IMG/VR virus record: IMGVR_UViG_2917938226_000001
Source of the DNA: a virus
DNA length: 37,497 bases
Reading direction: 5' to 3' (one strand)
Shown here in pieces: positions 26,263 through 34,734 of the stretch. Below the pieces are notes generated by a model that saw only the letters and a program-made list of their open reading frames with translations, had not been told where the DNA came from and did no database searches. Position numbers and translations under genes: made by a program. Numbering within the stretch: the first letter of the stretch is position 1; every line of letters starts with the position of its first letter.

Positions 26263-26844
26263 CTATGTACGGTTTATCCAGGCGCGTAACCGCTCCCAAA
26301 CCCCTTCTTTTCTCGCGGCCCGTATTTCCTTGATCTCCGCAGACATACAATCTATCTCCCCCCTCATTTTGCGGGCATCCTCGGCCGTCTGTACTCGATG
26401 CATTTCGCCCCGATTCAGATCCTCCCTCAACCCCTCGATCTCGCCGGCAAGTGCCTCCTCTCTCACCCGCCGGGCCTGCACCTCCTCCTCCAGGGCGACG
26501 ATCTTCCCCTGCTGCATCTCGAGTACCTCGCGCACCCGGGGGAGGAGGGCAACGGCCTCGAGTACTTCAGGCGCGAGGGCCGGTACCGCGGGGGGATCCT
26601 CGATCACCTCGGCGTCGAGGGTCGGGGCGAGGTCTCGCGCGAGGGCCTCCCGGATCTCCTCGGTGCCGAGCCCCTGATCATAGAGGCCGCGGACAGTCAT
26701 CACGGTCATCACCACACCATCATCATACATATTTCGCCGGCTCTCCTTCGTCGAGGGGCAGAACTCAGAGAACCTATTGAGATATCGCCGGGTGGTCTCG
26801 GTGGGGAGGTCCGCCGCCTCTGCCACCTCCTGCGTCGTCATCAT
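26263..26844 (-). CDS. MerR-type HTH plus coiled-coil DNA-binding protein
   Basis: TTQEVAEAADLPTETTRRYLNRF...SRRNMYDD; long heptad region. Confidence 0.8.
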   Translation of the reverse strand: MMTTQEVAEAADLPTETTRRYLNRFSEFCPSTKESRRNMYDDGVVMTVMTVRGLYDQGLGTEEIREALARDLAPTLDAEVIEDPPAVPALAPEVLEAVALLPRVREVLEMQQGKIVALEEEVQARRVREEALAGEIEGLREDLNRGEMHRVQTAEDARKMRGEIDCMSAEIKEIRAARKEGVWERLRAWINRT

Positions 26845-26903
26845 GCCAATAGATGTCGCGTCGGGGGAGAAAAAAAGGGATCGATCTGGTGCCGGGAGGC
26901 GTT

Positions 26904-26977
26904 GTCATCATCACGCTCATCACCCCGTGGTGCGCGTGATGATGACGTGGTGATGATGTGATGATGAGGTGATGAGG
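26904..26977. repeat. GTGATGATG repeat cluster with a 13-bp inverted repeat
   Basis: GTCATCATCACGC (26904-26916) and GCGTGATGATGAC (26934-26946); direct copies at 26950, 26958 and 26969. Confidence 0.8.
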
Positions 26978-26993
26978 ACGTGGTGTGTCGGCA

Positions 26994-27656
26994 TCAGAGG
27001 ACCATCGGGAGGGCGGCGACGGCGAAGTACGCGAGGACGAGCGCCCCGATCCAGGGGTGCCGCGCCTCCTCCATGGGGACGATGGCGCCCGCCCCCAGGC
27101 CGGCCAGCCACCCGCACCAGTGCCCCACCACATCGGTGTAGAAGGTTCTGCCGTCCCCGAGCACTGTCACCGGAGGGACGAGGAGCGGGACCACGACGAG
27201 GAGGGCGATGCCCGCGAGGATCCCCCGGGTCTTCCGGGAGGGGTGCCGGGCGACTTCGCCGACGAAGTACACTGTGATGATGCCGAGGAGGGCGAACACC
27301 ACGCCAGAGAGCCCCAGGCCGGTGCTCTGCATCCCGAGGCCGGTTTTGAGTAGGGCGGTCAGGAGCGGGACGAGGGCGAGGGCCAGAAGGAACTGTTTCG
27401 ATACGGTGGAGATGCCATCTTTCCCGGCCATGAGGAGGAGAGCGGGAGCGAGGATGGCGTACGCTTTGAGGTTCGACGCGAAGAAGGGCCATCCGTACGA
27501 TACGAAGGGAGCAATGAGGCATTTGGCGAACTGCGGGAGGCCCTGCACCCATGGGTAGAAGGTCGGCGGGAGCTGCGACTGGATGATGCCGAGGAGGAGG
27601 GGAACGGCGAGGAAGAGTCCTATCGGGGCGAAATCATGTAGAGGATGCCTTTCCAT
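26994..27656 (-). CDS. Rhomboid-family intramembrane serine protease
   Basis: GLSGVVFALLG (GxSG) and VVGHWCGWLAG (HxxGxxxG); about six TMs. Confidence 0.75.
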   Translation of the reverse strand: MERHPLHDFAPIGLFLAVPLLLGIIQSQLPPTFYPWVQGLPQFAKCLIAPFVSYGWPFFASNLKAYAILAPALLLMAGKDGISTVSKQFLLALALVPLLTALLKTGLGMQSTGLGLSGVVFALLGIITVYFVGEVARHPSRKTRGILAGIALLVVVPLLVPPVTVLGDGRTFYTDVVGHWCGWLAGLGAGAIVPMEEARHPWIGALVLAYFAVAALPMVL

Positions 27657-27871
27657 AGAAACCACGTCACGATTATGCCAAGGACGGCAAATGCTGCTCC
27701 CATTCCGATCTGCTCCCACGAGATCAAGGCGTATGGGCTACAGCCATAGTACCCATATGGTCCTGCAATTGCCGATATCATCTCTCGCATCAGAAAAACG
27801 GCGATCACACTGGCGATAAGGGCGGCAAAAAACCAACGTGCTGAGAGGTCCGACTTAGAACTCATCCCCAA
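27620..27871 (-). CDS. Small two-TM membrane protein
   Basis: Hydrophobic segments. Confidence 0.55.
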   Translation of the reverse strand: MGMSSKSDLSARWFFAALIASVIAVFLMREMISAIAGPYGYYGCSPYALISWEQIGMGAAFAVLGIIVTWFLWKGILYMISPR

Positions 27872-28167
27872 TCCTCAATTGATTTCCCGCCGTGTTGGTT
27901 CAGGACGGTCTGCATTGCTGTCCTCTCCTTTTCCCGGCGCAAACTCTCCCGCTCCTCTGCGTGGATCATAACGTGGCACTTGTGGCAGAGTGTCGTGAGG
28001 TTTTCCTTTGTGTTCGTCCCGCCAGCGTGTACGGGAACAATATGATGTACCTCTAAGGCATCTGTGGCCCCGCAGCGATTACATTTGTGCCCGTCTCTCT
28101 CCAGCGCCGCAACTGATGCAACTATGTCGTCGTGGTGGCGATTCAGGAAGTTCTGGAGGGAGTTCAT
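27862..28167 (-). CDS. HNH endonuclease
   Basis: CNRCG...EVHHIVPVHAGGTNTKENLTTLCHKCHVMIH. Confidence 0.92.
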   Translation of the reverse strand: MNSLQNFLNRHHDDIVASVAALERDGHKCNRCGATDALEVHHIVPVHAGGTNTKENLTTLCHKCHVMIHAEERESLRREKERTAMQTVLNQHGGKSIEDWG

Positions 28168-28682
28168 GGGGCCACCACCCTTACAATGTTACGGCCTTCG
28201 CCATCTCTCCCGAAGGAGACATAATACCGAGTGAACTCTGTCGAGTCTCCATCTCTTTTGGAAACTCGCACTTCATCCAGATCCATCAACAAGAATGATG
28301 CACTCTCGCTATATGCTAGATCGACGGAATACAGCGGCGTTGAGGAGAGAAATCCCCTCTCTATAATCTCGATGTTGGCGGAGGTGCCGGGGGCCGGGTT
28401 GGTGAAAGTAATTGTGTCGTTATCATAGGCAACTGAGAGGAGTTCTGGAGGGATAGATGAGGCGAAGGGGATGTAAGGCTCGGGCGGCGGGGGGCAAAGA
28501 ATATGGGACATGATAACAATGCAGAGTGCGCCTGCAAAGACCCCGGCCACGATGAGAAGCGGTCTGTGCCAAACATCTTCCCAAAGGGCAAGCAGTATCC
28601 CGACACATGCGAAGAAAAGAGCGATGGGCCAGAAGTCAAGACACTTCTCGGCGAAACAGATCTCTTCGTCATCGGAGATCAT
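28164..28682 (-). CDS. Membrane protein (two N-terminal TMs)
   Basis: Hydrophobic N-terminus, beta-rich C-terminus. Confidence 0.62.
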   Translation of the reverse strand: MISDDEEICFAEKCLDFWPIALFFACVGILLALWEDVWHRPLLIVAGVFAGALCIVIMSHILCPPPPEPYIPFASSIPPELLSVAYDNDTITFTNPAPGTSANIEIIERGFLSSTPLYSVDLAYSESASFLLMDLDEVRVSKRDGDSTEFTRYYVSFGRDGEGRNIVRVVAP

Positions 28683-28909
28683 GGGAGCACCTTCTTGAAT
28701 CGAATCGCGTCTTTCGGCACAAGAACCGTGTCGCCCTTCTTACGCTCTCGCCCCCCAGGAAGCCGCGTATCCTCGCCGAGGATGACGCGGTACTTCTTCG
28801 GGGTCTCGCCGATGATCTTGACGGGATGGCATGTGATGCCGACCCATCCGTCCAACGCAAGATATGCCTCCTCTCCAGTCATATTCTCCATACTTCCTCC
28901 TTCCCGCAT
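28679..28909 (-). CDS. Small SH3-like hypothetical protein
   Basis: PVKIIGETPKKYRVIL...GDTVLVPKDAI. Confidence 0.6.
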   Translation of the reverse strand: MREGGSMENMTGEEAYLALDGWVGITCHPVKIIGETPKKYRVILGEDTRLPGGRERKKGDTVLVPKDAIRFKKVLP

Positions 28910-28944
28910 TTACGGCAGTTTTTCAGTGTTCTCCAGGTCGTTCT

Positions 28945-29268
28945 TTATGAATGCTTGGCAGTTTCTTTCACGCAGGTGTCGGAAGACGGAAGTGTGGAAC
29001 TATCCGGTGATCCCAGATAGTTCATCATGAACTTCTCTTTCCACATATCGAGCCTTGCCCGAGCCTCTTCGGGGTGCCGTTTGTGATAATCTGCGGGCAA
29101 CGTGCCGAGGAAGGCGAGTTTGGTCTTGACATAGAATCCCTTGGATTTCAAGTCGTGTCCATACCGTTCGGTTTTCTTCTCGTCGTAGCCGACGACATCG
29201 CCGACCGAGAACTCATCTTTAGATGACGGGTGTACCCAGGTGACGATATGCCAATACGTCTTTTTCAT
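28945..29268 (-). CDS. Hypothetical protein
   Basis: MKKTYWHIVTW..., GGAGG RBS. Confidence 0.6.
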   Translation of the reverse strand: MKKTYWHIVTWVHPSSKDEFSVGDVVGYDEKKTERYGHDLKSKGFYVKTKLAFLGTLPADYHKRHPEEARARLDMWKEKFMMNYLGSPDSSTLPSSDTCVKETAKHS

Positions 29269-29272
29269 CGTC

Positions 29273-29680
29273 TCATCCCTCCACGAACCCGAAATCCCGA
29301 TCAACACACTGGATCAGGTCTTCGCAGGTCGGCAACCGGCTCATCAGTGGCCCGGTCCTTGATTCCCGCTCATGGAATGTCAGGCGAAGCCGGCCGACCG
29401 TCGCCCCTTCGATCACCATCCGCAACATCATTCGGTTGGCAGCAACCCAGATCTGAGACAGATCCCATTTGTCCCACGATGTCAGGCATCCCGACCACAC
29501 CACTTCGACACAGTGAGGATCGTCCCACTTCACGTTCTCATGCTTGATAGGGGCGTTGTATATCCCTCCTCCGGCAGCATATGCCAGAAGGACGGCCACT
29601 TTCTTTCCAAGGGGCGAGCATTTGCGACCGCTCGCACTTTCTACCCATGATACAGTTTCTTCATGATTCATTTTCTTCAA
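29273..29680 (-). CDS. Hypothetical protein
   Basis: 135 aa, coupled. Confidence 0.62.
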   Translation of the reverse strand: MKKMNHEETVSWVESASGRKCSPLGKKVAVLLAYAAGGGIYNAPIKHENVKWDDPHCVEVVWSGCLTSWDKWDLSQIWVAANRMMLRMVIEGATVGRLRLTFHERESRTGPLMSRLPTCEDLIQCVDRDFGFVEG

Positions 29681-30275
29681 CCTCCTTCAGTCTCTTATAC
29701 AGGGTCGTCCTCCCGATGCCGAACTTCTTGCAGATCGTTGTCTTCGGGACTCCCTCGGCAATCATCCGCTGTGCCTCCTTGATGTTCACCGTCTTGCGCC
29801 GCCGGCCGAACTTTACCCCTTTCTCCCTCGCGGCATCAAGGCCCAACTTGGTCCTCTCCATGATGAGTTCCCGTTCATATTCCGCGAGGGCGCCCATGAT
29901 GTAGAAGAAGAGCCGCCCCTCCTTCGTCGTGGTGTCGATGTTGTTGGTGATACTGATGAGGCCGACGCCGTGGTCTTCGAGGTATTTCGAGATGTTCATG
30001 AGGTCCTGGAGGGAGCGGCCCACCCGGTCCAACTTGTAGATCACGAGGGCTTCGGCACTGAGGGGGTTGTGTTCGAGATCCCGGATCATCTGCTGGAACC
30101 CGGGGCGGTCGATGTTCTTGCCGCTGGCCTTGTCGGTGTAGACCTTGACCAGTTCATAGCCTCTGAACTGACAGAACTTCGTGATCTGTTCTTGCTGTAT
30201 GTCGAGGTTTTGGTGATTTGTGCTTACTCTGGCGTATGCTATGACTCTCATGTATCTGTCCCCGGGGTTTATCAT
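29661..30275 (-). CDS. Small serine recombinase (resolvase/invertase) with C-terminal HTH
   Basis: AYARVST (catalytic Ser), DRPG, KLDRVGRS, ERTKLGL, GRRRK, ICKKFGIGRTTLYK. Confidence 0.93.
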   Translation of the reverse strand: MINPGDRYMRVIAYARVSTNHQNLDIQQEQITKFCQFRGYELVKVYTDKASGKNIDRPGFQQMIRDLEHNPLSAEALVIYKLDRVGRSLQDLMNISKYLEDHGVGLISITNNIDTTTKEGRLFFYIMGALAEYERELIMERTKLGLDAAREKGVKFGRRRKTVNIKEAQRMIAEGVPKTTICKKFGIGRTTLYKRLKEVEENES

Positions 30276-31870
30276 GTAGATTCCGTTATAGCTGGATAGA
30301 CGTTGTTGCAGGCCCCAAGATAGTACGGGGCATTGTGCAGCGTTTCGTTGTAGGCTGTTTCACCCTCGTAGTCGTCGATAACGGCCTTTTCTTCAACATC
30401 CAGATCCTCGTATGCCTTCCGTCCGTAGGTGGGCGGCAACCAATTCTTGTGCTGGCACCCATAGATGTTGAACCTCTTGAGCAGATCCTCGTCGGTGAAG
30501 GTGATGTGCGTCGTCCCCTTCTTGTAACAGGTTATCGTGAAGAACTCGAACGGGATGTTCTTGGTTGTTCTTTCCTCTTTTGCCTGCCTCAGAATTTCGG
30601 TCACGTCTGACGCGCCGTTCTGGTTTCCCGAGAGGTAATGCAGGGTCTTGTCGATGTCGATGAGTTCTTCCACCTCCCGGTAGGAATAGGGTGAATAATC
30701 CTGTGTCAGGTACTGGTAGAGGCGTATAGGGAGGATCACCTTCTTGTTGATCTTCCATGCCTTGTTCGTGGCCCATCCATTGAAGTAGTGCCGGTTCTTC
30801 TTGGTTTCCGGCGTCCAGTGATATTCGTGAGTTAGGGTGTCGAACAGTTTGATGATCGTCTCGTCCGTAGCCTTGATCATCTTCTGCGTCAGTTCCAGGC
30901 GAATGGCGTTGATGTTGTACTCGTTGAAGTCATAGTCCTGGAGGCGCTGCACATCCCCCCGGCACTGCTCCAGGAGATTCGAGGTGAACTTTGCGGTGAA
31001 CCTCGGGTTCATGAAGAGGTTTTCCCAGTACTTCTTCCGGGTCTGCTGGAGAAACTGGTTCTCATACAGATCGCTGCTGTCTTTGATCTTGAGTTCGAGG
31101 ATGGGCGAGGGGTACTCCCGGCACATCGAGTCGAGAATCAGCGGCTTGATGGTCTTGTAGTCCCGGATCAGTTGCAGACCGGCGCGAGTCTCCTCTCTGA
31201 ACGTCCGCACAACGGCCGTGATGTAGTCGTTGACATTCAGCGCGTTGCACTCTGCATCCAGTTCGTGGAGGGTAGGGCCGCGTTCGAGCGAGTCAAGGAT
31301 CACGCTGTCATGTTTCACCGGCGGGATCCACACCTTGATCAGCGCCACCTCAACGTCTGAGGTGCGTTCGGCTTGCCTGAACTCCCCGTCCAGATAGGCG
31401 ATGGAGGCACCGTAGTGGTTCAAGGTCTTGACGAGTTCTTGCCGGGCGTAGGTGCGAGGATTCCGAACCGTTTCGGCGTTCAGGAGACATACGATCCCGC
31501 CGCCGCGAGCCTGGAGTTCAAGTGCCTTCAGGAGATGCTTCTCACCGTCCGCGAAGGGCGGGTTCATGACGATCAGGTCGTAGTGCTTGAACGTCGAAAA
31601 GGCCAGGAAATTGTCGAACACCACGCGGTGTCCTTTCCCCTTCAGGACGTGCTGGAGGTCCGGGTTGATCTCGATGGTGTCGATGTCAGGGGTGACATCC
31701 CTCTGGCCCCACCGCTGCCTGCTGACGATCTTCTGTTTCACCGCGTCGGCGAGGTCGCCTTTGCCCGCCGACGGTTCGAGGACCGTGGCCACGATGCTGA
31801 AGTCTATCCCGTCCAGCATCTTCCTGATCATAGATGGGGGCGTCGGGTAGAAGGCGTCCAGGAGGGTCAT
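30272..31870 (-). CDS. N6-adenine DNA methyltransferase with DUF4942-like C-terminal domain
   Basis: FYPTP, VLEPSAGKG, DLIVMNPPF; C-terminal CYKKGTTHITF. Confidence 0.88.
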   Translation of the reverse strand: MTLLDAFYPTPPSMIRKMLDGIDFSIVATVLEPSAGKGDLADAVKQKIVSRQRWGQRDVTPDIDTIEINPDLQHVLKGKGHRVVFDNFLAFSTFKHYDLIVMNPPFADGEKHLLKALELQARGGGIVCLLNAETVRNPRTYARQELVKTLNHYGASIAYLDGEFRQAERTSDVEVALIKVWIPPVKHDSVILDSLERGPTLHELDAECNALNVNDYITAVVRTFREETRAGLQLIRDYKTIKPLILDSMCREYPSPILELKIKDSSDLYENQFLQQTRKKYWENLFMNPRFTAKFTSNLLEQCRGDVQRLQDYDFNEYNINAIRLELTQKMIKATDETIIKLFDTLTHEYHWTPETKKNRHYFNGWATNKAWKINKKVILPIRLYQYLTQDYSPYSYREVEELIDIDKTLHYLSGNQNGASDVTEILRQAKEERTTKNIPFEFFTITCYKKGTTHITFTDEDLLKRFNIYGCQHKNWLPPTYGRKAYEDLDVEEKAVIDDYEGETAYNETLHNAPYYLGACNNVYPAITEST

Positions 31871-32142
31871 GGGTTCGGACCCCCCGTCTCCCCGGGGGTC
31901 TGCCACACCTGCCCGGTCCCGTCGCAGTGAGGGCACGAGATCAGGCGCCCCTCTCCTTTCGGCCGCCGCCACAGCCTCCAGTGTGGCTCCCCATTACTCG
32001 CCCGAGGGTACTCCTCTAAGACAGCCTCCTGGCCGATACTCTCCAGCCACTCGGCCTCTTCGCGGGCCCGATCTTTGTAGGGGCCATAGGCTCCGGCAAA
32101 CTCGTACGTCTTCCCCTCAAAGATTTTTGTGAATCGGCTCAT
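31867..32142 (-). CDS. Hypothetical protein with CxxCxGxG motif
   Basis: CPHCDGTG. Confidence 0.6.
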   Translation of the reverse strand: MSRFTKIFEGKTYEFAGAYGPYKDRAREEAEWLESIGQEAVLEEYPRASNGEPHWRLWRRPKGEGRLISCPHCDGTGQVWQTPGETGGPNP

Positions 32143-32519
32143 GGCCCGCCCTCCTCACTCTTGATCCCTACTTTCCTTTGCGACAGGAGTTCAACAACGA
32201 CTGAATCGTCCTCTATGCCTACATTGATCTCGCCTTGAGGATCGTACTGGCGAAGGATGCTTATCGCCGTAGGGACTCCATCTTCGGCAATGTCATAGTC
32301 GGGATGGAATGTGATCGTGATCTGATGCTCATACTCTGGGATGTCGGGCCTGTTGACGATGATTGACGCCATGTGCGTCGTCAAGAATTCAATCGCGTCC
32401 ATTTCACTCACTGGCAAACTCCCCGCACCAATCATCCGCGAGAACCACCGGCCAGAGCCAGTCTCCTCCCCACGCCGGGGAGTGTCGGCGGCAAAGACCC
32501 TCATTTGTGATGCCAACAT
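32139..32519 (-). CDS. Hypothetical protein
   Basis: 126 aa, coupled. Confidence 0.58.
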   Translation of the reverse strand: MLASQMRVFAADTPRRGEETGSGRWFSRMIGAGSLPVSEMDAIEFLTTHMASIIVNRPDIPEYEHQITITFHPDYDIAEDGVPTAISILRQYDPQGEINVGIEDDSVVVELLSQRKVGIKSEEGGP

Positions 32520-32786
32520 CTGGCCCGTCGAAATAGATGCAGTCTTTGCATCTGCGTTTTTCTGATCTTGTGTTCATGTTGTTCACAAAGGAACATAATA
32601 TACAGCACTGTATATAATGGTTATCATTTGTGTTTTTAAAAACAGACATATACCATATTTCTAAACAGTGTTGAAAGTGTCGGGTTTGTGAACATCTATT
32701 CTTGAAAATACTTCTCAAAATAATACGTACATAAAACTAAGCGTTCTAAACATTAAATTTATTAATATATAACAACACTCTATTGT

Positions 32787-33053
32787 ATGCCTCCCAAAAA
32801 AGGGGCCTCCAAAAAGGGAGCGTCGAAAAAGAAGCCGGCAAAGAGCAAACCGTTCCAGAAGAAGCCGGGCCAGCAGAAACTTGGATCGTACGGCCCGAAG
32901 ACAAAGAGAGTGTACAAGCAGACCGGCAAAAGCAACGAATCAAGGGACAAGAAACGCAAAGCCAAAGCGCCCGGCTACCGGCGAACCGCACGCGGGACCG
33001 TGTATTACGAGACCCGGAAAAACAGAAGTGACATGCCAGGGAAGAAGACCTAA
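32787..33053 (+). CDS. Highly basic protein, candidate nucleoprotein
   Basis: KKGASKKGASKKKPAK; C-terminal APGYRRTARGTVYYETRKNRSD; own AT-rich promoter. Confidence 0.72.
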   Translation: MPPKKGASKKGASKKKPAKSKPFQKKPGQQKLGSYGPKTKRVYKQTGKSNESRDKKRKAKAPGYRRTARGTVYYETRKNRSDMPGKKT

Positions 33054-33292
33054 TCCTCCCAGGCCACTTCTTTCCTTTCTCCATTCACTGTGACAACCCC
33101 GGAATCTCCGGGGGTCACACTTTCCCTGTCAATTTTGACCCACCCCTCCGGGAGCGGATCGGTGGGCGCGTCGGTGTGAATCCACAGCACTTTTCTCCCT
33201 CGCGGTCGGACGGCCGGGATGATCACCCCGTCGCCGTCCCACTCTCGCGCGAGGGCGTGCTCGCGACGGGAGCACCGGAGATGGCGGGTCAT
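33050..33292 (-). CDS. Small hypothetical protein
   Basis: MTRHLRCS..., coupled. Confidence 0.5.
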   Translation of the reverse strand: MTRHLRCSRREHALAREWDGDGVIIPAVRPRGRKVLWIHTDAPTDPLPEGWVKIDRESVTPGDSGVVTVNGERKEVAWED

Positions 33293-33549
33293 CCCTGATC
33301 CCTCGCGACGAGGACACAGATCATGGCCCCCTCGTCGGTATCCTCGCGCGTCACGGACGCCCGGTGACGGGTGGCGGCGACGAGATCCCGTACCCCGTCC
33401 TCGATCTCGTCGGCGGGGCGCTCGTATTGGCGAGAGTCCGATAACTTGACCCGCGCGAGACACGCGGGGCAACAGATGTACTGGTCGCCGACGGCCTTCC
33501 CCCGGTAGTTCCAGGCGTGGCCGCACTTGGGACAGGTGCAGAGGGCCAT
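33289..33549 (-). CDS. Zn-ribbon protein
   Basis: CPKCGHAWNYRGK...QYICCPAC; paralog of 723-983. Confidence 0.75.
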   Translation of the reverse strand: MALCTCPKCGHAWNYRGKAVGDQYICCPACLARVKLSDSRQYERPADEIEDGVRDLVAATRHRASVTREDTDEGAMICVLVARDQG

Positions 33550-33797
33550 TAGAGGGCCCCCGATCCGCTGCGAGTATTAGGGGTCACGCGGAATACGATC
33601 TCCCCTTTCTTCTCGTCGATCCAGTACCGGAACCGGTACCAGTCTGCGAATCTCCTATGTTCGGGGGTATCCTCCAGTCGCACCACGAACGACGACCGGT
33701 AATTACCATCGTCCTCGGACATATATTCGTACTCCGAGAATCCCGCTGGGATTGGCTCGGAGTATGTGTTCCTGAAATTGGGAATACATTTCTGCAT
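33549..33797 (-). CDS. Hypothetical protein
   Basis: 82 aa with RBS. Confidence 0.62.
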   Translation of the reverse strand: MQKCIPNFRNTYSEPIPAGFSEYEYMSEDDGNYRSSFVVRLEDTPEHRRFADWYRFRYWIDEKKGEIVFRVTPNTRSGSGAL

Positions 33798-33908
33798 TTT
33801 TCATCTCCTTCCTTCACCGGCCCTTGCGGGCCGGATCCAGAATAAAGCGGCCGGGAGGAGTTAGCACCTCCCGCCGGGGCGTGGTTACCCCTGCCGCTGC
33901 ACCTCTTC

Positions 33909-34604
33909 TCAGTCCTCCCCGTTGGCCAGGATCCACCCGTCTTCCAGGAGGGCATCCTCCAGGTCATCCGCAGACACACGAGAGAGATAGTCTTCGATTG
34001 CCCTGATCCACTCCTGGTTGTTCTCGGGGCAATCCTCCCGATCCGGGGTCGCCTTCAGGACGACCCGCTCCTCTGCGGGCCCCCCCTTGCCAGCATCCCC
34101 ATTGTCGTTGCGGATCTCTATGGAGAGGTCCGCCTCCTCGTCGGCGATCCCGGTCTCCCCCGTCGCGTACGAGGGGACGGTCATCCTGAAAAACGGCTCC
34201 GACTCCTCCATCCCGTCCCTGCCCTCCGGGGGGAGGCGGTCGGAGTAGTCGCGGAGCGGGATGATGTCCGCGTACCCCTCTGCGGGATACAGGAGGATAT
34301 GGAACTCCCCGATCCACGCCTGATATCCTCCGTTGGAGGTAGAATACCAATCGACCGGGAGAGAGAGGAGGGATTTTAGATCATCCTCGGTGATCTCGAT
34401 CAGGCCGTTGGGGTCGTCCTCGGCCAGAGCCTGCCGGATCTCTCCATCCATCTGCTCGAAGTAGCCCCATTCTAGGGGTACCCCTGCGTACTCGAGGTAC
34501 TCAGATATTGTCATGTTTTCTCGCTCATTGTGATCGATCTTGATCAGCCCCCCGCCATCGAGTCTGATCTCATACTCGCGTCCCTGCGAGTTTTTCAGTC
34601 TCAT
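33909..34604 (-). CDS. Acidic hypothetical protein
   Basis: N-terminus MRLKNSQGREYEI resembles 2959-3366. Confidence 0.7.
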   Translation of the reverse strand: MRLKNSQGREYEIRLDGGGLIKIDHNERENMTISEYLEYAGVPLEWGYFEQMDGEIRQALAEDDPNGLIEITEDDLKSLLSLPVDWYSTSNGGYQAWIGEFHILLYPAEGYADIIPLRDYSDRLPPEGRDGMEESEPFFRMTVPSYATGETGIADEEADLSIEIRNDNGDAGKGGPAEERVVLKATPDREDCPENNQEWIRAIEDYLSRVSADDLEDALLEDGWILANGED

Positions 34605-34690
34605 TTTTTGATTCACCTCTTTTTTCTCGCGGCCCTGTGGCCGGATCCCTATTGGGTTTTCTCGCGCTCGCGCCACCAGGACGCGATGAA

Positions 34691-34734
34691 TGCGGGCCGG
34701 GGGATCGAACCCCGGTTGGGCCTACCCCTCCCGC
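34691..34734 (-). other. tRNA-like minihelix with canonical T-arm
   Basis: Minus strand GCGGG...CGGGG-TTCGATC-CCCCG-GCCCGC-A right after a stop codon. Confidence 0.45.

Noticed and set aside
34559-34580. Self-target of tract 3 (TA.GA.AT.AG matches the YEIR codons of the 33909-34604 gene)
   Set aside because: Only four dinucleotides match and the flanks do not; expected by chance
34691-34734. Complete tRNA gene
   Set aside because: No D-arm or anticodon arm; kept only as a tRNA-like fragment
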